Positions 28,767 through 37,643 of a DNA stretch of 64,000 bases are shown here, piece by piece (within the stretch, counting starts at the first letter, position 1; every line of letters starts with the position of its first letter). This DNA comes from an uncultured Melioribacter sp. (GTDB lineage: Bacteria; Bacteroidota; Ignavibacteria; Ignavibacteriales; Melioribacteraceae): NCBI GenBank assembly GCA_964575995.1, contig CAZNTN010000007.1:2515-66514 (forward strand). Reading direction: 5' to 3'. The notes under the pieces are model-generated. The model saw nothing but the letters and a program-made list of their open reading frames with translations, was not told the DNA's origin and did not search any database. The position numbers were made by a program, and so were the translations under genes.

Positions 28767-30740
28767 TTATTGCACTGTAAAGGTTGCTGGTCTTGAAGAA
28801 GCGCGGTTTCTAAAATCATCTTCGCTCCAAATAATCCAGAAATAATCTCCTTTAGGTAAATTAGTATTTACAGTAAACGAAATTATATCTTTAGAGAAGC
28901 GGCTGCTCGTCCAAATTAATGTAGCTGGAATTTCATCTGTATAAACTTCTATGTAGTACCTAAAATTAAACTCAAGGTTAATGTTTTGCCAAGTAAATAT
29001 AGGCTGTGAGCCTACTTTAGCGCCGTCTTGCGGTGAAAAAACACGAAACTGCTGCGAGATTACTCTTTTTAGTTGCGATGGTCCAAGAGTAAATTTTTTG
29101 CCGGCAGCGTCTTTAACAACTACATCAAAATTTTTCCCGATAACCTCGTCTAAGTAATTCACATTCAGTTCGGCTGTATTAAGCTCTCTCTGAAAACTTT
29201 TAGTTGATATGTTGTAAGCAAGCGGTCTTAAAACATTAAGCGGTTTGCATTGAATGTAAACACTGTCTATATCATTTTCTTCATCAGATACTTTAGCTTC
29301 AACATTCATCCTTTTGGTTTTAAATTCATCCGGAAACTTATTTGTAACCACCGAATAAATATCGATATTATCTAATACGGGAATTGCATTTAGCCGAACA
29401 TCTCTAACAGCAATTGTGTTCTGAATACCCCACTGAACAAATACTGAATCTGGAGAATAACCTGCTTTCTCAAAGAATAAAAAACCATCGTTCATTGGAA
29501 TATCAGGTATAGTGTACTCGCCGTTAGTATTTGTTATTTTTACAATGTTTTGGTTTTTCCAATAAACTTTAACTCCGCTCAAAAATATTGGCGAAGACCT
29601 GTCTTTTCTTACTACGCCGGTTAAGGTTCCGGTTCTATATTTTATATAACCGAACACTTGTCTAATTCTTCCACTTTCCCACTGAACTTGAATAGTGTCT
29701 TTTTTAAAGCCTTCTTTTTCGAATACCAAAGCACCACTTGTTATTGGAATGTTAGAAAATTTAAAATTGCCTTCTGCATTAGTTTGAGCTACTGTTGATG
29801 TACCAGACCAATGAACAAATACATTTGGAACGCCAATATTTGGTTTATCTAAATAGTAAATCTTTCCTTCTAAATCGCCATGAGTATCGCGCATTTTATA
29901 ATCAGCAACTACTTTCACTTTAATATCTTTCCATTGAACATCAAGTGTATCTGTTTTGTAACTATCTTTTTCAAAAAAGAGCTTACCATTTTGAATAGGA
30001 ACATTAGAGAATTTGTATCTGCCATTACTTTCTGTAATATAAGTTGTTGTCGGAACTCCGCTCCATTTGACGGCAACTTTTTCTAAAGGCTGTGAGTTTG
30101 AATTTAGAACTCTCCCCTCAATATCACCTATGTTGTATTCGAGTATTTTTCTTTCGAGGCGAATTAATTTTTGATCTTTCCACTCGATAAAAAGCGAATC
30201 AGCTTTATATCCTTCTTTTTCAAAAAAGATCCATCCTTTATCTAAAGGAACTGCGTCAATTAAAAAGTAGCCAACGGCATCTGTTTTAGTTGTTACCTTT
30301 TGATTTTTCCAAAAGACTTTTGCGTTTGCTATTGGCGTTTGGTCGGTAGTGTATAGGTATCCATCAATATTTCCGATAGTTGAAGAAAGTTCTACAACTC
30401 CAACTTTAACATAATTTCTATTCTGCCAATCAATTAAGATTGTAAATTTTGATAATCCTGGTTTCTCGAAGTGAAGATTTCCGTTTACTCTTGGTATATC
30501 AGTAATTCTGTAATTTCCGTTAGAATCTGTTTTGACTGTAACATTTTGGTTTTCCCAAGTAACCACAACATCCGGAATTGCTCTTTTTGGCAGTTCCGCT
30601 GTGTAAACTGTTCCGTCAAGCTCGGCAAACTTATAATCTTGTCCAAGTGGGTCTAACGGATTAATGCGCGGTGCATCGCATGAAAGGAGAACGTTTAGAA
30701 TAAAAAGCAAAAACACACCACGAAAATTTTTCATACACAC
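28767..30740 (-). CDS. Lipoprotein with ~5 tandem carboxypeptidase-regulatory-like repeats
   Basis: Lipobox LLSC, APRINPLDP; repeated V.W..Q...T...G.Y....P...G.L.FEK.GY. Confidence 0.8.
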   Translation of the reverse strand: MCMKNFRGVFLLFILNVLLSCDAPRINPLDPLGQDYKFAELDGTVYTAELPKRAIPDVVVTWENQNVTVKTDSNGNYRITDIPRVNGNLHFEKPGLSKFTILIDWQNRNYVKVGVVELSSTIGNIDGYLYTTDQTPIANAKVFWKNQKVTTKTDAVGYFLIDAVPLDKGWIFFEKEGYKADSLFIEWKDQKLIRLERKILEYNIGDIEGRVLNSNSQPLEKVAVKWSGVPTTTYITESNGRYKFSNVPIQNGKLFFEKDSYKTDTLDVQWKDIKVKVVADYKMRDTHGDLEGKIYYLDKPNIGVPNVFVHWSGTSTVAQTNAEGNFKFSNIPITSGALVFEKEGFKKDTIQVQWESGRIRQVFGYIKYRTGTLTGVVRKDRSSPIFLSGVKVYWKNQNIVKITNTNGEYTIPDIPMNDGFLFFEKAGYSPDSVFVQWGIQNTIAVRDVRLNAIPVLDNIDIYSVVTNKFPDEFKTKRMNVEAKVSDEENDIDSVYIQCKPLNVLRPLAYNISTKSFQRELNTAELNVNYLDEVIGKNFDVVVKDAAGKKFTLGPSQLKRVISQQFRVFSPQDGAKVGSQPIFTWQNINLEFNFRYYIEVYTDEIPATLIWTSSRFSKDIISFTVNTNLPKGDYFWIIWSEDDFRNRASSRPATFTVQ

Positions 30741-30828
30741 TCAGTTTTTGAAAAAACACAAGTAATATTTTTAGAAAAAGCACTAAATGCCGAAATACTT
30801 AAAACTAATATGCAGAGATTTTTCCTAA

Positions 30829-31608
30829 TTATAAACCCAAAAATAACTTTCCGGCAGCATAAAGCAGAGCATTGCCGCTAATTTTAACTCGGCTTCCTAA
30901 ATCTTCGCAAAACAGCTCTCCAACTCTTTTGGAAACCTGAAGCGCACGAAAATTTTTCTTACCAAGTTTTTCTGCCCAGTAAGGAATCAAAACCGTGTGA
31001 GCAGAACCTGTAACCGGGTCCTCGTTTATACCAAGGTTTGGCGCAAACATTCGGGAGACAAAATCTACACTGCTTCCCTTTGCAGAAATAATTACCCCGT
31101 GCGGATGAATCTCTTTTACTAAATCAAAATTGGGATTTATGTTTCTTACATAGTTTTCATCTTCGAAAACTAATAGTGTATAGTTACCTCCTTCTAAAAC
31201 TTCAAGAGGATTATCAAAAACAGAGTTTATCAAATTTGTAGTTTCAATCTTATTAGGTTTGTTAGAAGGGAAATTAAGAGAAAGCATTTCTCCTTCCCTA
31301 TCTACAATTAACTCACCGCTCATAGACATAAATTTAATTTGTGCAGCATCCTTCTCGATAAAATTAAATATCACAAACGCCGAAGCCAAAGTTGCATGCC
31401 CGCATAAACTTACTTCGGCAACAGGGGTCATCCAACGAATGTGATAATGAGTTCCTTCTTTAACAAAGTATGCTGTTTCAGAAAGGTTGTTCTCCATTGC
31501 AATGTTTTGCATTGTCTCATCATCTAACCATTTTTCCAAAGGAACAACTGCAGCCGGGTTACCGCCAAATAATTTGCTTGTAAATGCATCAACTATATAA
31601 TAATTCAT
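30829..31608 (-). CDS. PhzF family protein
   Basis: VDAF, GGNPAAV, NLSETA, EVSLCGHATLAS, EDPVTGSAH. Confidence 0.92.
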   Translation of the reverse strand: MNYYIVDAFTSKLFGGNPAAVVPLEKWLDDETMQNIAMENNLSETAYFVKEGTHYHIRWMTPVAEVSLCGHATLASAFVIFNFIEKDAAQIKFMSMSGELIVDREGEMLSLNFPSNKPNKIETTNLINSVFDNPLEVLEGGNYTLLVFEDENYVRNINPNFDLVKEIHPHGVIISAKGSSVDFVSRMFAPNLGINEDPVTGSAHTVLIPYWAEKLGKKNFRALQVSKRVGELFCEDLGSRVKISGNALLYAAGKLFLGL

Positions 31609-31917
31609 ATTTTCTCCAAGAACAGTTTTAAGTTGATAAAAGCTGAGTTGTTCTTCTATTAAACTTGCTCAGCTTTATTCTCGAAATTCACCTTTAGTAA
31701 AATTTTTTTTCTGAGAAAATAAATTTTATTTGGGAGATTATACAACTAAAAGATAATGGAATTTCTTTTATGGTTTAAGACTGTGAAGGTGCTGCACCTT
31801 TGAGACTTAGAACAAGATTACTAAAAAATTATAACTATGGACTCGTCATATCAAAAGAGTCTGCTGCGTTAATGCAATGAGTAACTAATTCCACGGGAAT
31901 AAGGAAAGGTATTACAT

Positions 31918-32448
31918 TTATTCGCTGCAATCCTGTTTGGTCATAACAACTTTATTTACATCAAATCCATTAGCTTTAGATTTTTCTAATATCGAACTGT
32001 AGAGCGATTCCTCCATCATAGGAGTTCTGCTAAGTATCCACATGTATTTTCTGCTTGGTGTTCCAACTACTGCATACGAGTAATTATTTTTATCGAGGTC
32101 AATAATCCAGTAATCTCCTCTGAAGGGCCAAAAGAACTGAACTTTTAGTTTTGAGTTGCCGGAGCCTTCAACAACAAATGCTTTACCATTAACATCATCT
32201 AATTTGCCCTCTTTAAAACACTTGTTTACAACACGAATTGTGGTCGAATCAATCATACTGTACTCAGCAGAAGAACAAGAGCAGCCTTTCTGAAAATTAT
32301 TTGGCAGGCTAGCAATTTCGTACCATTTGCCTAAGTAGCGCTGTACATCTACATTATCTACAGTATCAAGCGGCGGATAGTTAGTTAATGAGCAGCCGGA
32401 GATAAATAATGCTAAGGCTGCTAATAAAGCCGAAATCAAGTTTTTCAT
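31918..32448 (-). CDS. Outer-membrane lipoprotein lipocalin (Blc-like)
   Basis: RYLGKWYEIA, FFWPFRGDYWII, WILSR; lipobox ISGC. Confidence 0.92.
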   Translation of the reverse strand: MKNLISALLAALALFISGCSLTNYPPLDTVDNVDVQRYLGKWYEIASLPNNFQKGCSCSSAEYSMIDSTTIRVVNKCFKEGKLDDVNGKAFVVEGSGNSKLKVQFFWPFRGDYWIIDLDKNNYSYAVVGTPSRKYMWILSRTPMMEESLYSSILEKSKANGFDVNKVVMTKQDCSE

Positions 32449-32509
32449 AAAAATCCTTTTTGATAACTAAGAAGTAATAGCGAAGAACTATAAAATACTC
32501 TCTGTTCAC

Positions 32510-32645
32510 CACATAACGGTTTCGGGTAATCCAGGCTGGTAATGCAGAACTTCAAATTTACCGCCCGACACTAAATACTGCAGCGTAAACTGAATTTACC
32601 TTTAGTCCAAAACCCCGACTGGATTATGCCCGATGCTGTGGGCTG
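32510..32645 (-). repeat. attC-like site 5 (distal, degenerate)
   Basis: + strand CATAACGGTTTCGGGTAATCCAG...CTGGATTATGCCCGATGCTGTG; 3 bp from the GNAT stop. Confidence 0.7.
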
Positions 32646-32648
32646 GAG

Positions 32649-33191
32649 TTATTTTTTCATGTTTTTAATCATTACAACATTGTCATTATAATCCTTTTCT
32701 GATTCACTCAATTCAATATCTGTCATTACAAATCCCGCCTTTTCATATGATTTAATAGCATTCTTGTTTCTTTTAGATGGGGACATTATAATTTGTTCGC
32801 AATCAAATCGCTCATTAAGATATTCGCATAGTAATAATATAACTTTTGTTCCAAATCCTCGACCAGTATATTTAACATCACTCAACCAAATATCCAAATC
32901 AGTACATTTTTTAACTTTATCAATTGCGTTATAATTTATTTGCCCTACCTCGTTTTCTACTTCCAAAATTATGAAACATCGTCCCTTTAAGGGAGTGCTT
33001 CCATCGAAATAGAAATCAAGATAATCTTTATCGAATACTTCCCATGTTGGAATTATTGCATCTGGAAAATACGGAAGCCCCATCATTTCTTTTGTCAAGT
33101 TTGAATTCGTCAACCATTCAAAAACTTTTCTTTTGTCATTTATGGCTGCTGGTCTAATTTTTATCTTCTCACCAATTATCAATTCTTCCAT
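32649..33191 (-). CDS. GNAT (RimJ/AAC(6')-like) acetyltransferase, cassette cargo
   Basis: VGQINY, DLDIW, TGRGFGT, NKNAIKSYEKAGF. Confidence 0.85.
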   Translation of the reverse strand: MEELIIGEKIKIRPAAINDKRKVFEWLTNSNLTKEMMGLPYFPDAIIPTWEVFDKDYLDFYFDGSTPLKGRCFIILEVENEVGQINYNAIDKVKKCTDLDIWLSDVKYTGRGFGTKVILLLCEYLNERFDCEQIIMSPSKRNKNAIKSYEKAGFVMTDIELSESEKDYNDNVVMIKNMKK

Positions 33192-33226
33192 ATTCGATAT
33201 CCTTGTTTAAGTACGGTTTTCTACAC

Positions 33227-33367
33227 TTGCAGCTAACGGGTTGGGACTTAACGAAGGCGGGACATTTAAGCGCTACACTTGATACGAAAACCCGCACTTC
33301 AGTTATACGGAAAAACTTCAGCCGAAGCACTGCACTCCGGCTTATACAAAACCGCTGTTGGTGGCTG
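33227..33367 (-). repeat. attC-like site 4
   Basis: GCAGCTAACGGGTTGGG...AAAACCGCTGTTGGTGGCTG; 8 bp from the upstream stop. Confidence 0.75.
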
Positions 33368-33375
33368 GACTTCTT

Positions 33376-33978
33376 TCATATCAGTCGTCTTACACGCTGT
33401 TTATAGTCCAAATATTTTTGTCCGTGTTGTTCGGTTAAAAACTCTTCTTCAAGTCGGATTTGTATTTGAATGAGTATATAACCAACAATTAAAAACAATG
33501 CAGTCAATGCGTTTGGTGTTGTCAAAAAAAGTCCGACTAAACTCAAAATCATTCCAAAAAATATCGGATTGCGTGAAACGGAAAAAAGTCCGCTTGTTAT
33601 CAACTCTGTTTTAGTATCGTTGTCAATACCGATACGCCACGAGTTTTTCATATGTCCTTGTGCAATAACTGTCCACAGTAATGAAATGAATAACAAAGAC
33701 AGCCCGATATATTTCATTGTTGAACTATCAAGCTGTTTGATTGGTAAAAAGCAGTCGTGTAGAGTAGGGAAGAAGGAAAATGCCAAAACATAAATAAACA
33801 TTGCTAACAAAGTCAGTTTGAAATAAAGTCCGATAAGTCCATAAGCACTATCGTCTTTTGGCAATACAAGCGGATTTTTACCAATTCTCTTAGCAACTAT
33901 CAATGATTTTAAAACGAATGCAGCTCCGAAGTAAATCACGAAGTAGGTCGGCAAAAAATAGTTTAAAAAGTCAGTCAT
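33376..33978 (-). CDS. Isoprenylcysteine carboxylmethyltransferase-family membrane protein
   Basis: SWRIGID, LITSGLFSVSRNPIF, EEEFL...Y.DY...VRR; ATG follows a TATATTTG element at 33991-33998. Confidence 0.88.
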   Translation of the reverse strand: MTDFLNYFLPTYFVIYFGAAFVLKSLIVAKRIGKNPLVLPKDDSAYGLIGLYFKLTLLAMFIYVLAFSFFPTLHDCFLPIKQLDSSTMKYIGLSLLFISLLWTVIAQGHMKNSWRIGIDNDTKTELITSGLFSVSRNPIFFGMILSLVGLFLTTPNALTALFLIVGYILIQIQIRLEEEFLTEQHGQKYLDYKQRVRRLI

Positions 33979-34001
33979 TTTAGTTGAAGTCAAATATAGT
34001 T

Positions 34002-34508
34002 TCAAATAGTTGGTTGTAATGCAGTCGGATAATTGTCATCCGTCAACAATGTCCTTTTAGACAGACATTCAATGTCTTTCCCTAATTCTACCTTCTGCCC
34101 GCCTGCATAAAGATTCGATAACATTCTTGTAATCGCACGAAAAACTATATCCTTCCCATCCTGAACGTTGAACTTCAATCCTGGCTGCGCTGTGCCGTCT
34201 ATAAATACTGCCACAGTGCTTTGCGTGCTATTTTTCGCTGCAACTGCATAATAGTAACGTGTTCCGTTCTCTACTTCAGTATCTACAAAAGCATTGTACT
34301 TTGTTTGTAACGTTACCGCTATTTGAACGTTGCTCGGTAAACTGCTCGGATTGGCTAAGTAATCTGAAACAACAACAGGGCTAATTACCGAAGTGGATTT
34401 AAACACTGTTATTGTCTCACCTTCTGCTTGTCTCGGCTTCCAATATATTTCAATTTCACCGCCGAATGGAGTAGCGTATAATCCTAAATGTTCAATCGGT
34501 TTAATCAT
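34002..34508 (-). pseudogene. Truncated FN3-like, probably phage-derived protein
   Basis: FVDTEVENGTRYYYAVAAKN FN3-like motif. The last ~20 aa appear to read through the leader of the next gene. Confidence 0.5.
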
Positions 34509-34647
34509 TTTTCAGTCCACTTTAACAATGCAATTATAGTTTTTTATGAACCGTTTCTGATGTTATTTTGACAAAATTTGACAATACTTAGGTATATTGT
34601 AGCAAACTCTTCCTAATAAACAAAGCCTAATCTTTATTCAGCATCAT

Positions 34648-34818
34648 TTACTTGTAGCCCTGCGCCATAAAATAAACAACAGCCAAAATGCTTAACATAA
34701 CAGCCATAAATGTTACAAATTTCTCCATTTCGCTTTTTTTAAGAGCAGCGCCGCAATGAGGGCAATTTACAGCTTTGTCGCTTACTTCTTTTCCGCATTC
34801 TTTACAAGGATTCAACAT
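34648..34818 (-). CDS. Zinc-ribbon + TM small protein (56 aa)
   Basis: MLNPCKECGKEVSDKAVNCPHCGAALKK followed by a hydrophobic helix; GGAGA upstream. Confidence 0.7.
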   Translation of the reverse strand: MLNPCKECGKEVSDKAVNCPHCGAALKKSEMEKFVTFMAVMLSILAVVYFMAQGYK

Positions 34819-34851
34819 ACATCATTCTCCGTTTTTGTTAAATATACAGCT

Positions 34852-35481
34852 TTATGCTCTAAAACCAAGTTCTGCTAAGTCTTTCCGAACTCCATCTTTT
34901 AACATATTCATAATAGGCGCCTCAATCCTTTCTCTTGTTTCCTTCAAAATGTTCTTAGCACTAATTCCGCCGTGTTGCCACCCGATTGAGCTTTCCTTCA
35001 TTACTCTAAAAGTTAAATAATGAGAGTATGCAGCATTGTTTTCTGTCTTGTTCACCATTTTAGAAACCGTAAATTTTCCCAAAGGCGTGTTAGTAGTTAT
35101 GTTCTCTCTTGCTACATTAACATTTTTTTGAAACCGATACATTCCCTCGAACTCTCCGCCTGCTTCACCTTGTCCACAAACTACGCATCGGTAACCGTCT
35201 CGTTTTAGAATTTCTGCTTTTTGTGCAGCAGTAAAATCTTCTAACTCACGATTGACAACAAAGTCCGGGTCATAACGATAAACTCCCTTTGAGATTTTTT
35301 GCAGTAAACCTTTTTGCGAAAGCTGCCTAATCTGTCTGTCAGGGTCTCTGAGAACGACACCGGTTCTCTTTTTCCATTCCTCGGCTACCCAATCAACAAT
35401 TTCAGGATGCTTAATATTCCGCTTTGGATTTTTTGTGAAGAACTCCATTATGAGAGCTGCTTGTGATATTTGTTTCTTCAT
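34852..35481 (-). pseudogene. Chimera: N-terminal half of an HNH endonuclease fused in frame to a phage-like C-terminus
   Basis: EILKRDGYRCVVCG is present but no following DH..H/N residues. Continues with YLTFRVMKESSIGWQHGGISAKNIL. Confidence 0.6.
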
Positions 35482-36340
35482 TTGAAAAATCTATTGTTCC
35501 GGTTTCTTTAATAATTCTTTGCATGGCAATTTCACAATAATGCTTGTCAATCTCAAGTCCGATACCGATGCGGTTATTGTTTGCTGCTGCGATGAGTGTC
35601 GTTCCACTTCCGGCAAAGGGGTCAAACACAACATCACGAACAAAACTGAAAAGTTTAATTCCTCTGTGTGGAAGTTGAATTGGAAATGGTGCTGGATGTC
35701 CAATACGTTTTTTGCTTTCTCCATTGAATGTCCAAAGCCCGTTTGTCCAGTCCATAAAATCTGCCTTGCTTATGTCTGACTGTTTTGTTCCACCGGTTTT
35801 TTTCCAGTCGCCTTTGTATAGCACAACAATAAGTTCAACAGGAGCAATTACAAAAGGTGCAGAAGCAGATAGCCAAGAACCCCAAGCAGTTCTTCTTGAA
35901 ATGTTGCCCTCGTTCCAAATAATTGTTGAGTGATAATTCCAACCAATTTTCTGTGCAATTTTTGTCAAGTCAGCTCCAACACTTTTTTGTCCGCCTTTGT
36001 TTTTATCAAGCGGAATGTTGAGCAAAAATCTTCCTTGCGGTTTGCTCCATTTAAAGCAATTCGTCATCCACTTTTCAGAAAATTCTAAATACTGCTCGTA
36101 AGTCAAATCGTCTTTGTTAGAGTTGTATTGTATGTCAACATTGTATGGCGGTGATGTTACAATGAGGTCAATAAATTCTTTTTCAAAAGTGTTTGAATTC
36201 AGAACATCGCCTTGAAATAAAATTGTGCCTTTGTGTCTGAAATACTCTTTACGCCAAGGAACTGTCGGCTCATTTAAGATGCAGTATTTCTCCTCTGGAA
36301 TTTCGTATTCCTTAATTTTTTTTGTCCGCTTTTTCGTCAT
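35411..36340 (-). CDS. Beta-class N4-cytosine-type DNA methyltransferase (M2.HpyAII/M2.MboII-like)
   Basis: TSPPYN, NISRRTAWGSWLSASAP, HPAPFP, DPFAGSGTT; TACCTTTG element at 36365-36372. Confidence 0.88.
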   Translation of the reverse strand: MTKKRTKKIKEYEIPEEKYCILNEPTVPWRKEYFRHKGTILFQGDVLNSNTFEKEFIDLIVTSPPYNVDIQYNSNKDDLTYEQYLEFSEKWMTNCFKWSKPQGRFLLNIPLDKNKGGQKSVGADLTKIAQKIGWNYHSTIIWNEGNISRRTAWGSWLSASAPFVIAPVELIVVLYKGDWKKTGGTKQSDISKADFMDWTNGLWTFNGESKKRIGHPAPFPIQLPHRGIKLFSFVRDVVFDPFAGSGTTLIAAANNNRIGIGLEIDKHYCEIAMQRIIKETGTIDFSNEETNITSSSHNGVLHKKSKAEY

Positions 36341-36413
36341 TGTATTTGTCAAACTGTTTATTTTCAAAGGTAGTTAATCCGGTCAATATCCGGCAGAAAA
36401 GTTGAATGCCTCA

Positions 36414-36551
36414 CTGCCGCCAACGGTCATCGGCTTTGCGTTGGTGGCTTTTGAAACGTAAACTGTCTACCGGCACCAAAGTTCAATAATTACACTAATG
36501 TTTACTTTTAGCAATGCATGCCCACTAACGCAAAATCCGTGTTAGTGGAAG
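36414..36551 (-). repeat. attC-like site 3
   Basis: GCCGCCAACGGTCATCGGCTTTGCGTTGGTGG...CCACTAACGCAAAATCCGTGTTAGTGG; abuts the stop at 36552. Confidence 0.8.
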
Positions 36552-37466
36552 TTAAAATTTTATTCTGTATTCTAAACTCGCAATAAAACTTCTTGTCAAA
36601 CCATCTGGTCTAGCATCTCTCACAATAAACGGCATACCAACATTAAGTTGAATGATACTTTTACTAGTTACTTCATAGTCTAAATAAAAATTACCATTTA
36701 GAGTAAGTCCTTGCGAGCCTATAATTTCTTTTTCAACATTAAATTCATTTGTGTACTTGTCATTTGTCAAGTGATAGATTGGCAAAAGACTTGGTGTCAA
36801 TTTAAATTTAGGGGCAATATTTAAGGAGTAAGAAACTCGTAATAAAATATCTCCAGCTCGTTGAAATTTATTGGTTGAATGAAATGTTCTCAGTTTAGAA
36901 TTAACTGGATAATTCGTCGCAATAAATTGATTGTCATTTTGTGTCAATGGTTGTTGAATGGCAGCTACGAATTGAATTTTCTTAATCTCATATCCAATTC
37001 CGAATATTAGGTCAAATGTTCCCAAACTTGTCTGATAGTCCATTGGAAGAGGAAGATTGTCTTTAGTTTTATTTGCTTTTGACAGAGGTATTTTTGCCCC
37101 TAAAGTAAATTTTACTCTTTCACTTGCTTTATAGTTGGAGTTTACAAAAATGTCTGAAAGCCCAAATACAGATATTCCATTTCCGCTTTGAGCAATTGTT
37201 GTCAATTTAGCATCAAGTCCAAATTTCTCACTTAAGTGTCGGTTATACTCTAAATAACTACCGTAAACTGAAATTGAGTTATCAGCATTCCCATAGAAAG
37301 CACCAATTTTGAGTTGATTATTCAAGACTTCTGTACTGTCTGTACTGTTAGGCTTAAAACTGCTGATAGTACAAAAACCAGCGTCACTACATCCTTGACC
37401 ATACGAAATGTTTGTACACAAAACGTATAAGGCTGTTACCATTAAAAAAAAAATCAATTTTGTCAT
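36552..37466 (-). CDS. Putative outer-membrane beta-barrel protein
   Basis: Signal peptide, QGCSDAGFC, amphipathic strands, C-terminal YRIKF. Confidence 0.75.
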   Translation of the reverse strand: MTKLIFFLMVTALYVLCTNISYGQGCSDAGFCTISSFKPNSTDSTEVLNNQLKIGAFYGNADNSISVYGSYLEYNRHLSEKFGLDAKLTTIAQSGNGISVFGLSDIFVNSNYKASERVKFTLGAKIPLSKANKTKDNLPLPMDYQTSLGTFDLIFGIGYEIKKIQFVAAIQQPLTQNDNQFIATNYPVNSKLRTFHSTNKFQRAGDILLRVSYSLNIAPKFKLTPSLLPIYHLTNDKYTNEFNVEKEIIGSQGLTLNGNFYLDYEVTSKSIIQLNVGMPFIVRDARPDGLTRSFIASLEYRIKF

Positions 37467-37497
37467 ATATAGCTCTTATTGTTAAGTTTGTCATTAA

Positions 37498-37638
37498 TTG
37501 CCGCCAACGGTTTTCGTGCTTTGCGAAATGCAGATTTCGAATCACTAAACTGTCTGCCAGCACTGAATTTGAATAGAAGCAGAAAGTTTCAAGTTTGCAC
37601 GTTACCCCGCCATTACGCCAAACCGCTGTTAGCCGTTC
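37498..37638 (-). repeat. attC-like site 2
   Basis: GCCGCCAACGGTTTTCGTGCTTTGCG...CGCCAAACCGCTGTTAGCC; core nearly identical to 40618-40756. Confidence 0.85.
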
Positions 37639-37643
37639 GCCCT

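Noticed and set aside
30787..30793. Sigma54 promoter for the signalling operon itself
   Set aside because: The GG and GC elements upstream of 30740 are 8 nt apart, not the required 10.
33203..33473. Short ORFs crossing attC-like sites (also 37387-37804)
   Set aside because: Shadow frames over recombination-site DNA or antisense to real genes.
34002..35481. Intact prophage
   Set aside because: Only ~1.1 kb of phage-like DNA with truncated genes; no terminase, capsid or lysis genes.
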